From Nitrososphaerota archaeon (lineage in GTDB: Archaea; Thermoproteota; Nitrososphaeria; Nitrososphaerales; Nitrosopumilaceae): 35,133 nt of DNA. The stretch is from the NCBI GenBank assembly GCA_022573065.1, contig JACZUQ010000002.1, positions 1-35,133 on the forward strand, read 5' to 3'. Below the pieces are notes generated by a model, which searched no databases, was not told the origin of the DNA, and saw only the letters and a program-made list of their open reading frames with translations. Every line of letters starts with the position of its first letter. The stretch's first letter is position 1. Made by a program: the position numbers and the translations under genes. Positions 26,552 to 33,498 of the stretch are shown in pieces.

Positions 26552-27253
26552 ATGGTTAATCCAAGAAATTGGTTTGCAGAAGGTATTGCAACTTATTGTC
26601 TTGTTTTCTTCGGACCACTTTCAGTAATGTTATCTGTAGTTGCCTTTGGTGATGGTCTTTCCACCGAAGCAATCTTGATGATTTCATTTGCACACGGTTC
26701 TGCCATTGGTTTAATGGTTTACGCATTCGGTCATGTATCTGGTGCCCACATCAACCCTGCAGTTACAATTCCTATGATAATAACTAGAAAAATTGGAATT
26801 GCAGATGGCATAGGATACATAGTTCTTCAATTAGTTGGAGCAGTTGCAGCTGCCTTTACACTCAAAGCAGTTTTACCGGAACTTGGTGCAGCAGTTAACT
26901 TTGGAACCCAAGCACCTGGTGAATTAATTAATTCAAGTGCAACATCTGCAGTAGGATTAGAAGCTATTTTCACATTCTTCTTAGTTACAGTCATTTTCAT
27001 GACTGCTGTACACAAAAAAGCAGCGGCTGGAATTCAGGGAATCTCAATTGGAGGAATGGTCTTTTTGTTACACATAGTAGGCGTTCCTTTAACTGGAGCG
27101 TCAATGAATCCTGCAAGAACTTTTGGCCCTGCATTAGCATCAGGTTTTTGGGAGTTCCATTGGGTGTATTGGGTGGGACCAATAATTGGTGGAATAATTG
27201 CAGGCCTAATCATGAACTATGTCTTTGTAAAAAAGGCAGAAACTGAAGCATAA
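26552..27253 (+). CDS. MIP-family channel (aquaporin/aquaglyceroporin)
   Basis: Two NPA boxes (GAHINPAVT and GASMNPART) and six hydrophobic segments. 233 aa. Confidence 0.85.
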   Translation: MVNPRNWFAEGIATYCLVFFGPLSVMLSVVAFGDGLSTEAILMISFAHGSAIGLMVYAFGHVSGAHINPAVTIPMIITRKIGIADGIGYIVLQLVGAVAAAFTLKAVLPELGAAVNFGTQAPGELINSSATSAVGLEAIFTFFLVTVIFMTAVHKKAAAGIQGISIGGMVFLLHIVGVPLTGASMNPARTFGPALASGFWEFHWVYWVGPIIGGIIAGLIMNYVFVKKAETEA

Positions 27254-27299
27254 TTTTTTATATTTTCCATTTTTTATGAATTAATTTTAGGATACATTT

Positions 27300-27716
27300 A
27301 TGTTTCAAAACCACGTATCATTATTTGACATGTCACAAGAAATGAATGATGAAGGTAAACTTGTAAGTATGATGATGGAGGCCAATCCATACGTAAGATA
27401 TGCAGCAATCTGTGACCCTAACGGAGTAATTCTATGGAATAGTTACCGAAACAATAGCAACAACGTTCTTTCACTTGAAGAAACAAAGGCATCTCTAAAA
27501 AGAGCAATAAGCACATGGAAACAACGTGATGAGCTTTCTGCAAAGATTGGAAAAGGAAAATTTGCAATTGTTGGATACGAAAAAATCAAGAGAATAACCG
27601 TTCCACTCAAAAATAATCATATGCTTTTTTTGAGTGTTGAAGGAGACAAACCTGAATACATTAAGGATGTACTAAACATTGTCAAATGGGTAGAAGAGCA
27701 TCCTTCACAAACCTAA
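27300..27716 (+). CDS. Hypothetical protein, possibly Roadblock/LC7-like
   Basis: The pattern VRYAAICDPNGVILWNS...FAIVGYEKIKRITVPLKNNHMLFLSVE resembles the alpha-beta-beta...beta-alpha Roadblock layout. This is a weak call by eye only. Confidence 0.4.
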   Translation: MFQNHVSLFDMSQEMNDEGKLVSMMMEANPYVRYAAICDPNGVILWNSYRNNSNNVLSLEETKASLKRAISTWKQRDELSAKIGKGKFAIVGYEKIKRITVPLKNNHMLFLSVEGDKPEYIKDVLNIVKWVEEHPSQT

Positions 27717-27834
27717 TCTACATTAATCAAAAGACTAAGAAGCAAATTTTGTTAGAAACTACTAAACATGAAAAACTTCAATTGAGAGATCGTTATACGG
27801 AAACCACATTAAAGGCAAATTTTTCTAAATCATA

Positions 27835-27909
27835 GGGCTCGTTGCATAGCATGGATAGTGCGAACGCTTGCGGAGCGTTAGGTCGGGGGTTCGAATCCCT
27901 TCGGGCCCG
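27835..27909 (+). tRNA. tRNA-Arg (anticodon GCG)
   Basis: Folded by hand. Acceptor GGGCTCG/CGGGCCC has one G-U pair. D stem GCAT/GTGC with a GG in the loop. Anticodon stem AACGC/GCGTT with loop TTGCGGA. 5-nt variable loop. T stem GGGGG/CCCTT with loop TTCGAAT. Discriminator G, no encoded CCA, followed by TTTTAT. Confidence 0.85.
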
Positions 27910-27955
27910 CTTTTATAAAGTACAATTTATGGTTTCAATATGTAGATTTACAGAA

Positions 27956-28135
27956 TTAGTTAAGAATCTGTATTTTTACAACCGTTTCTTTTCCTGAAAT
28001 TGTTCTAGCATGCTTTTCACACATTCGAAAAAACATTCTGCAAGATGGTTTTTTTGAATATTTACTCGCAAAATAATACATGGCTATGAGGATGTAGGCT
28101 TCTGCATTACAATAAGGAATTAAACAGATAACCAT
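27956..28135 (-). CDS. Hypothetical small protein (59 aa, 4 Cys)
   Basis: Hand translation: MVICLIPYCNAEAYILIAMYYFASKYSKKPSCRMFFRMCEKHARTISGKETVVKIQILN. One codon below the track cutoff. Divergent from the RHH-like ORF. Confidence 0.25.
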   Translation of the reverse strand: MVICLIPYCNAEAYILIAMYYFASKYSKKPSCRMFFRMCEKHARTISGKETVVKIQILN

Positions 28136-28239
28136 GTTTTCTTAAAAAACATCACAAGTATAATGGATCTGATTGATTCTACTATAACCTTTAATTAAAA
28201 ATCAAAAGAGAATAGACTTTATCTGCAGGAGGAAAAACG

Positions 28240-28395
28240 TTGCGAGAAATTATCATAAAATTAAACGGAAAGGACTATCACGACTTTTTGAAAATATCAA
28301 ACGAATATGGACTGTCAGTTGAGGAAAAAATCTATGAGATGATTTACGTTTATCTTATTGTTCAAAGAAAACGGTTCAAACAAAGTCGACTTTAG
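28240..28395 (+). CDS. Putative ribbon-helix-helix (CopG/Arc-like) small DNA-binding protein (51 aa)
   Basis: Hand translation: (TTG)REIIIKLNGKDYHDFLKISNEYGLSVEEKIYEMIYVYLIVQRKRFKQSRL. The beta-strand, helix, Gly turn, helix pattern fits RHH. GGAGG lies at 28228-28232, 7 nt upstream of the TTG. Confidence 0.35.
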   Translation: MREIIIKLNGKDYHDFLKISNEYGLSVEEKIYEMIYVYLIVQRKRFKQSRL

Positions 28396-28507
28396 AACTG
28401 AGGCTCAGAAATAGTATTTCATTGATCTGGAACCCTTCGTGACAATGTGAAATCTTTTGAATTGATTTTATCCGTTAGTTCTTATAATAGCAAATTTAGG
28501 GTCCATT

Positions 28508-28645
28508 ATGTCAGAAGAACGAAAAATGTACCCATGTGTATGTGCTGATTGTGGCAAAGATTCAGAAGTACCTTTTCAACCAAAAGAAGGTAGACCAGTT
28601 TATTGCCGAGAATGTTTACCAAAACATAGAAGTAAAAGATTTTGA
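28508..28645 (+). CDS. Small zinc-ribbon protein, CxxC-x17-CxxC type (45 aa)
   Basis: Hand translation: MSEERKMYPCVCADCGKDSEVPFQPKEGRPVYCRECLPKHRSKRF. CADC-x17-CREC with a VPFxP...RPVYCxxC core matches a widespread small zinc-ribbon domain as I recall it. Confidence 0.5.
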   Translation: MSEERKMYPCVCADCGKDSEVPFQPKEGRPVYCRECLPKHRSKRF

Positions 28646-28771
28646 GTTAATTTTGTTTAAAGTAATTTAAATTCAATTATCTTTCAAGTTTAATACTCAC
28701 TATTTTTCTTTTTTTATAAAACCAATATGGTCCCAGAAATAGTTCAATATTGTATAAGATCCATTTAATCC

Positions 28772-28882
28772 CTAATATGGCCTATCTCGCATTAAATGGC
28801 AATCACAATTACAACCTTTTTGACATTTAACACGTCTACAATCAGAACAGATATTTTTATTCCAAATTGGAGCTGTATTCAT
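28772..28882 (-). CDS. Hypothetical Cys-rich micro-protein (36 aa, 7 Cys)
   Basis: Hand translation: MNTAPIWNKNICSDCRRVKCQKGCNCDCHLMRDRPY. There is no supporting signal other than the ORF and its Cys density. Confidence 0.2.
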   Translation of the reverse strand: MNTAPIWNKNICSDCRRVKCQKGCNCDCHLMRDRPY

Positions 28883-29084
28883 ATTATCTTTAACACTTTC
28901 AAAGTAATTAACTCTGCTAGTGATTTTCAAGTTTAACAATAAGTTTGCAAATTTTTTAAATTAATTCTTATTAACTTTACTATCAACTTGTAGGATTTTC
29001 ATTTTTTTTAAAATAAACTTGTTTGTATAAACTCTAAAAATTTACACAAATACTATTTTAATTCATAAACTAGTTGGCGGTAGT

Positions 29085-29354
29085 ATGGCATCAAGAAGAA
29101 GAGGTTCACGAAGATCTGGCGGAAGATCTAGACGAAGCTCTGCCGGAAGATCTAGACGAAGAACCGGAGGAAAGAGCTCAGGTGGAAAAGCTGCAAGACG
29201 TGCACGAGTTGTTGCAAACAAAAGAAAAAGCGAACTAAAAAGAGCTAACAACAAAGTAAAAAGCGCAAAGCGAGCACTTCGAATAGCAGAAAGATCTGCT
29301 GGCAAGAGAAAGGCTGCATTTAGACAAGCTTTATCGCGTGCAAAAAGAGCATGA
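29085..29354 (+). CDS. Extremely basic Arg/Ser/Gly-rich small protein (89 aa) with a helical Lys/Arg/Ala-rich C-terminal half
   Basis: 24 Arg plus 11 Lys against 2 Glu, counted from the translation. ATG start after an AT-rich promoter-like region and an oligo-T tract after the stop. The local GC is clearly above the surroundings. Confidence 0.55.
   Translation: MASRRRGSRRSGGRSRRSSAGRSRRRTGGKSSGGKAARRARVVANKRKSELKRANNKVKSAKRALRIAERSAGKRKAAFRQALSRAKRA
29121..29161 (+). repeat. 17-nt perfect direct repeat GGAAGATCTAGACGAAG (two copies, 24-nt period) inside the basic-protein gene
   Basis: Copies lie at 29121-29137 and 29145-29161, encoding GRSRRS / GRSRRR. AGATCT occurs four times between 29112 and 29297. 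Confidence 0.9.
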
Positions 29355-29366
29355 TCATACACCTCC

Positions 29367-29378
29367 CTTTTTATTTTT
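29367..29378 (+). terminator. Oligo-T tract (ctttttattttt), candidate archaeal terminator
   Basis: The T-run begins 13 nt after the stop codon of the basic-protein ORF. Archaeal RNA polymerase terminates at oligo-T. Confidence 0.3.
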
Positions 29379-29470
29379 CATAAATACAATTTTCTAAAAA
29401 TGAGTATTAGGAAGGAAAAAACTTAGAATTTCTACTATAGACTTTTTAATAATCAGTTTCAAATTAATCG

Positions 29471-29851
29471 GTGACTAGCAAATCTAGGACGATCACATTT
29501 ACTGTAAATCGTAAAACCGCTGAAGCATTTGATGCAATTTTAAACAGCCCTCCAAAACTGATGCCAGATGCTATAAAACATGATGATGGATGGTGGACAT
29601 TTACTTCCCCTTGGGGTCCAGCTAAACTAAAGTTCCACGAAAATAGGCAACTTGGTATTTTAGATCATCAATTCATTGATGATGAAGCGCAATGGGACGT
29701 GCCAATGAGGATAGTTTCTAAAGGAGATAATTCAGAAGTGATTACCACCATCATCAAACCTAATAGTATAAGTGATCAAACGTTTGATGAACGAATGAAA
29801 GAAATTGAAAAAATTATGTTATCTATGAAACAAATCATAGAAGAAACTTAG
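29471..29851 (+). CDS. Hypothetical protein, possibly SRPBCC (START/Bet v1-like) fold
   Basis: 126 aa with a GTG start. Size and pattern (TITFTVNRKTAEAFDAI..., C-terminal helix) suggest an SRPBCC ligand-binding domain. Weak call. Confidence 0.45.
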   Translation: MTSKSRTITFTVNRKTAEAFDAILNSPPKLMPDAIKHDDGWWTFTSPWGPAKLKFHENRQLGILDHQFIDDEAQWDVPMRIVSKGDNSEVITTIIKPNSISDQTFDERMKEIEKIMLSMKQIIEET

Positions 29852-30045
29852 TTTTCTAATATCTAATTGATAATTCTTATTTTAAAAAATAGAAACATAC
29901 CCACTAAAATTATTTTTTAAACGATATCTATAACATCTCTAAGACATGATCGTGATTTAATTGACAAAGTCATTAAATCTATGGAAAGAATACAACTTTT
30001 AGAATCAAGCAAAACAATTAATCGAGGATTTTCTTAGTGATTTAA

Positions 30046-30663
30046 ATGACTTTGATGGATAATAAAAAAGAATTTCCTGACTGGGATACCTACTACAAAG
30101 AAAATAATGTTGAAGATATGCCATGGTATGAAAATAATTTAGATCCTGATCTAGAAAATGAAATAAAATCACGTAATCTATCTGGAGGTAAATTCCTTGA
30201 TCTTGGTACAGGTCCTGGGACACAAGCCATACAATTATCTAATTTAGGATTTGAAACCACTGGTTCTGATTTATCTGTTAACGCTATTGAAAAAGCAAAA
30301 AAACTTTCAAAAGAAGTTAATTTTGTAACAGATGATTTTCTTAATTCTAAATTACATGAAAATGAATTTGATTTTATTTTAGATAGAGGCTGTTTTCATG
30401 TTTTTGATATTAAACAAAGACCAACATATGTTACTCAAATCAAAAGAATTTTAAAAAAAAATGGTATTTTATTCTTGAAATGTATGAGTATTGAAGAAAA
30501 AGATTTACCTGAAGAAAAAGGCCCTCACAAACTCTCAAAATCTGAACTCAATCAAGTCTTTTCTGCTGATTTTGAGGTAGAAAACATCAAAGACACTGTT
30601 TACCATGGAACTCTAAATCCATTACCAAAGGCATTATTTGCTGTAATAAAGAAAAAATTTTAA
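30046..30663 (+). CDS. Class I SAM-dependent methyltransferase (TPMT/TehB-like)
   Basis: Motif I is FLDLGTGPGTQAIQL, post-I is GSDLS, and the N-terminal W..Y....PW pattern is present. 205 aa. Confidence 0.75.
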   Translation: MTLMDNKKEFPDWDTYYKENNVEDMPWYENNLDPDLENEIKSRNLSGGKFLDLGTGPGTQAIQLSNLGFETTGSDLSVNAIEKAKKLSKEVNFVTDDFLNSKLHENEFDFILDRGCFHVFDIKQRPTYVTQIKRILKKNGILFLKCMSIEEKDLPEEKGPHKLSKSELNQVFSADFEVENIKDTVYHGTLNPLPKALFAVIKKKF

Positions 30664-30709
30664 CTTGACCAAGCTGTTTTATCTAAACAATTTTATCCAT
30701 AAGTGAACT

Positions 30710-31582
30710 ATGAAAAAAATTAATCCTCTTGAGCTTTTTTTGTGGACATTCAGACGAAAAGAAAAAGATGTAGTCAACCTTTATGATTCACTCTCTGATT
30801 TGATGCGATTAGCAACTGGAGCTGATATGTTAAATTTTGGTTATTGGGATGATAAAACTAGAACTCCACTTGATGCACAAAAAAAAATGTGTACTATTTT
30901 TGGAAAAAAGGCACTTTTATCATCTGAACAAAATATTGTTGATGTTGGAAGCGGTTTTAGCTCTCCTGCTATTCAATGGTCTTTGGAATACTCTCCAGTA
31001 AAATTATCGTGTGTTAACATTAACTTTACACAATTACACGATTCAATTAAAAATGTGAATAAATCAATTAAAACAGATAATATTAATGAAAATTTTAATT
31101 TTTTAAATGCTACTGCTACTACTTTGCCTTTTGAAAAAGAATCAGTAGAACGTGTATTAGCATTAGAATCTGCTCAACATTTTAAACCATTGAAAAATTT
31201 TATCTCAGAATCATATAGAATTCTCAAGAAAAATGGAATACTTGCTCTAGCTATTCCTGTTATGGCTGAAAATCATTATGCATCAATGATAAAATTAGGT
31301 TCTTTGTCTATTACTTGGCCATCTGAACATTATAGTACTGAGTTTGTTAACTCAAATCTAAAACAAGAACGATTCAGAAACATTGATCTGCAAAAAATTG
31401 GTTCAAATGTTTACGAGCCATTAGCCAAATATTATATTGAAAATAGAGAATATATCAAAAATAAAATACTACAATATTATCCAGCTTATGTAGAAAAAAT
31501 TTTGTTCAAATCTCTTAATAAAATGAAACAAGTTTCTGAGAAAAAAATTATTGATTATATTCTAGTTTCCTGCCAAAAATAA
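30710..31582 (+). CDS. Class I SAM-dependent methyltransferase (natural-product / small-molecule MT-like)
   Basis: LYDSLSDL...NFGYWDD...AQKKM...IVDVGSGFSSPA is the pattern of Methyltransf_11-type O/N/C-methyltransferases. 290 aa. Confidence 0.75.
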   Translation: MKKINPLELFLWTFRRKEKDVVNLYDSLSDLMRLATGADMLNFGYWDDKTRTPLDAQKKMCTIFGKKALLSSEQNIVDVGSGFSSPAIQWSLEYSPVKLSCVNINFTQLHDSIKNVNKSIKTDNINENFNFLNATATTLPFEKESVERVLALESAQHFKPLKNFISESYRILKKNGILALAIPVMAENHYASMIKLGSLSITWPSEHYSTEFVNSNLKQERFRNIDLQKIGSNVYEPLAKYYIENREYIKNKILQYYPAYVEKILFKSLNKMKQVSEKKIIDYILVSCQK

Positions 31583-31626
31583 AAGGAAGTAAGAACAGTT
31601 TTTAATCCCCTATACTAAAAAAATCC

Positions 31627-31965
31627 ATGAAACGAATAGACGCCATGGTTCCAAATCTAAAAAGAAAAGCAGTTTGTGAGGCAATTATCAAGGCAGGTGC
31701 TAGTGGTGTTACAATTTCAGAGTCTCGTGGAAAAGGTGCTGGTTCCAGACCTATTTTTACTGGTGCCAAAGGTACTGCAAGATATGTTGCTGAATACAGT
31801 AGAACAGATACTATTACGACAATTGTTGATGACTCTAAGGTTGACGCAATTGTAAAAGCAGTAATAAATTCAGTTCATACGGGTGCTAAAGGAGATGGAA
31901 AGATCTTTGTTTCTCCAATTGATGAAACATATGATATAACTACCGGGCAAAAGGGTAAAGTATAA
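31627..31965 (+). CDS. PII-family signal transduction protein (GlnB/GlnK-like)
   Basis: 112 aa: MKRIDAMV...GVTISESRGKGAGS (T-loop base)...TGAKGDGKIFVSPI (B-loop). Confidence 0.8.
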   Translation: MKRIDAMVPNLKRKAVCEAIIKAGASGVTISESRGKGAGSRPIFTGAKGTARYVAEYSRTDTITTIVDDSKVDAIVKAVINSVHTGAKGDGKIFVSPIDETYDITTGQKGKV

Positions 31966-32198
31966 TGGCTGGTTGGCAAAACAAACCATTTGAAATTAAT
32001 GTAAAATCTGGCGAGACTATAGCTTTTTGCATGTGTGGTAATTCAAAAAATGGTCCTTATTGTGATGATTCTCATAAAGGAACAGGAATTTCTCCACAAG
32101 TTGTAACCTATGATATAGATACAACTATTCATGCATGTGGATGTCAACAATCTAAAAACAGACCAATGTGTGATGGTACTCATAAAACAATTACTTAG
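31965..32198 (+). CDS. CDGSH-type iron-sulfur domain protein (two motifs)
   Basis: CMCGNSKNGPYCDDSH and CGCQQSKNRPMCDGTH both fit CxCx2(S/T)x3PxCD(G/D)(S/T)H. Its ATG overlaps the PII stop codon (TAATG). Confidence 0.8.
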   Translation: MAGWQNKPFEINVKSGETIAFCMCGNSKNGPYCDDSHKGTGISPQVVTYDIDTTIHACGCQQSKNRPMCDGTHKTIT

Positions 32199-32234
32199 TA
32201 AATTACAAACAAAAAAATTTTTATTTTTTATTAT

Positions 32235-32441
32235 TTATCCATAAATGATACAGTATTCACAATCACAACTTGGCTGTTGTTTAGATTTTGCCAAACATTT
32301 CTTATGTTGACCAGCCTGACATTGAACACAAACTTTCTCTAAATTATCAATGGTAGAATATTTTTTTGATTGATCAAAACCAAAACCTCCATCTTTAGGT
32401 CCAACCATATAGTAAATACATTGTACTCCTATTTTAGGCAA
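32235..32441 (-). CDS. Cys-rich hypothetical small protein
   Basis: CVQCQAGQHKKC...SCDCEYC forms a C-terminal Cys cluster. Start is either TTG 32441 or ATG 32408 (the 57-aa form MVGPKDGG...). Confidence 0.4.
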   Translation of the reverse strand: MPKIGVQCIYYMVGPKDGGFGFDQSKKYSTIDNLEKVCVQCQAGQHKKCLAKSKQQPSCDCEYCIIYG

Positions 32442-32462
32442 CCGTGTGATTAGATAGTTTTT

Positions 32463-32624
32463 TTAAGATTCTTGGGAATTTTCCTTATCAGAATCATTAC
32501 TTTTTGCTTTATTTCTATCCCACATTCGCATAGTTCCTCTAAGCATAAAAAAACCAACTGCTATGGCTATAATGCCACTTGCAATAAATGTAAAAATATT
32601 TACAATTTTTTTTAAAAGTGACAT
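32463..32624 (-). CDS. Hypothetical single-pass small membrane protein (53 aa)
   Basis: Hand translation: MSLLKKIVNIFTFIASGIIAIAVGFFMLRGTMRMWDRNKAKSNDSDKENSQES. One TM helix plus a charged tail. Confidence 0.3.
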   Translation of the reverse strand: MSLLKKIVNIFTFIASGIIAIAVGFFMLRGTMRMWDRNKAKSNDSDKENSQES

Positions 32625-32724
32625 ACCAAAGATTCCTTTAACTTAATGTTAAGTTTACAGCATCAAATTAGTAAATGTAATTTTATCAAGTACATTCAAT
32701 TACTCGATACATTTTTTTCAATTA

Positions 32725-32823
32725 ATGGGTAAAAAACAAAACATAGCAATTTGGATAGGAATTTTAGGAGGAGGAGCTGCGTTTTTCTTTTTGTATGGAT
32801 TTTTAGTGGATATTATGCGATAG
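32725..32823 (+). CDS. Hypothetical micro membrane protein (32 aa)
   Basis: Hand translation: MGKKQNIAIWIGILGGGAAFFFLYGFLVDIMR. One TM helix. ORF evidence only. Confidence 0.2.
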   Translation: MGKKQNIAIWIGILGGGAAFFFLYGFLVDIMR

Positions 32824-32902
32824 GATTTTGATATAATTCCTGTTTATTCTGAAAAAAAAGCTACTGCTTTTTAACAAAAAAAGGCAAAATTATACATAAA
32901 GC

Positions 32903-33475
32903 ATGAATCTCTCACAAAATTCTCTAGCAAACCTTTGCCTATTCTGTGGCGAAGGCTTGAGCTCACCTTTAATGTGTACTTTTTGTGGATTCAAATTTTG
33001 TGAAGAACACAAATCAACTGAAAGTCATCAGTGCATTAAAACTCGATATACTGAATTTATTCGAAAAAATTCAGGCGCCAATCCCAATATTTCAAAAGGT
33101 AAATTTAGAGTAGTCTGTGATATGTGTGGGTTTTGCACTACGAAGGGTGTTCCAATAGAATATGCAGGTGAGGAATTAATTCAGCATACCCAGATTGTTG
33201 GATGTTCTGAGAAAGTTTTTCTTGAAGAATCTAATTCTACAGACACTTCTCTACAAATTGATTCTGTATCTGGCGAAGAAAAAAGTCATGAAGTATTTTC
33301 ACAAAATACAATCGATGCTCCTCAAAATCCTAATGAGATTTCTCAAAACACATCTTCTAAAAAAACATCAATAATTGATGAAATTGTAAAGTTAGCTACC
33401 CTAAAAGAAAATGGAATGATTTCTGAACAAGAATTTTTGTATATCAAAAAAGAACTAATAAGAAAACTACTATAA
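32903..33475 (+). CDS. AN1-type zinc finger protein with a C-terminal SHOCT domain
   Basis: CLFC-x9-C-x2-C-x4-C-x2-H-x5-H-x-C fits the AN1 consensus exactly. The C-terminal IDEIVKLATLKENGMISEQEFLYIKKELIRKLL fits SHOCT. A low-complexity linker joins them. Confidence 0.7.
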   Translation: MNLSQNSLANLCLFCGEGLSSPLMCTFCGFKFCEEHKSTESHQCIKTRYTEFIRKNSGANPNISKGKFRVVCDMCGFCTTKGVPIEYAGEELIQHTQIVGCSEKVFLEESNSTDTSLQIDSVSGEEKSHEVFSQNTIDAPQNPNEISQNTSSKKTSIIDEIVKLATLKENGMISEQEFLYIKKELIRKLL

Positions 33476-33498
33476 ACTAGGAATCTAAAAACCAAATA

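Noticed and set aside
27885-28440. A direct repeat of the tRNA-Arg 3' end that would mark an att site of an integrated element.
   Set aside because: The best downstream similarity I found is a 7-nt match (cccttcg at about 28424-28430), indistinguishable from chance. No integrase gene is present.
28682-28936. A 12-nt direct repeat, tttcaagtttaa, at 28682-28693 and 28925-28936, flanking the 36-aa Cys-rich ORF.
   Set aside because: It is short and AT-rich, with no terminal inverted repeats or target-site features of a mobile element. It is plausibly chance.
29063-29362. A 99-aa antisense ORF over the basic-protein gene, with a GGAGG immediately upstream of its GTG.
   Set aside because: The GGAGG abuts the start codon with no spacer. 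The plus-strand ORF has an ATG, an AT-rich upstream region and an oligo-T tract after its stop. GC-rich segments commonly stay open on both strands. The orientation is still not proven.
32640-32655. A perfect 7-2-7 palindrome, aacttaa-tg-ttaagtt, between two divergent micro-ORFs, possibly an operator.
   Set aside because: Several 7-bp-arm palindromes are expected by chance in 35 kb of AT-rich sequence, and both flanking ORFs are themselves uncertain.
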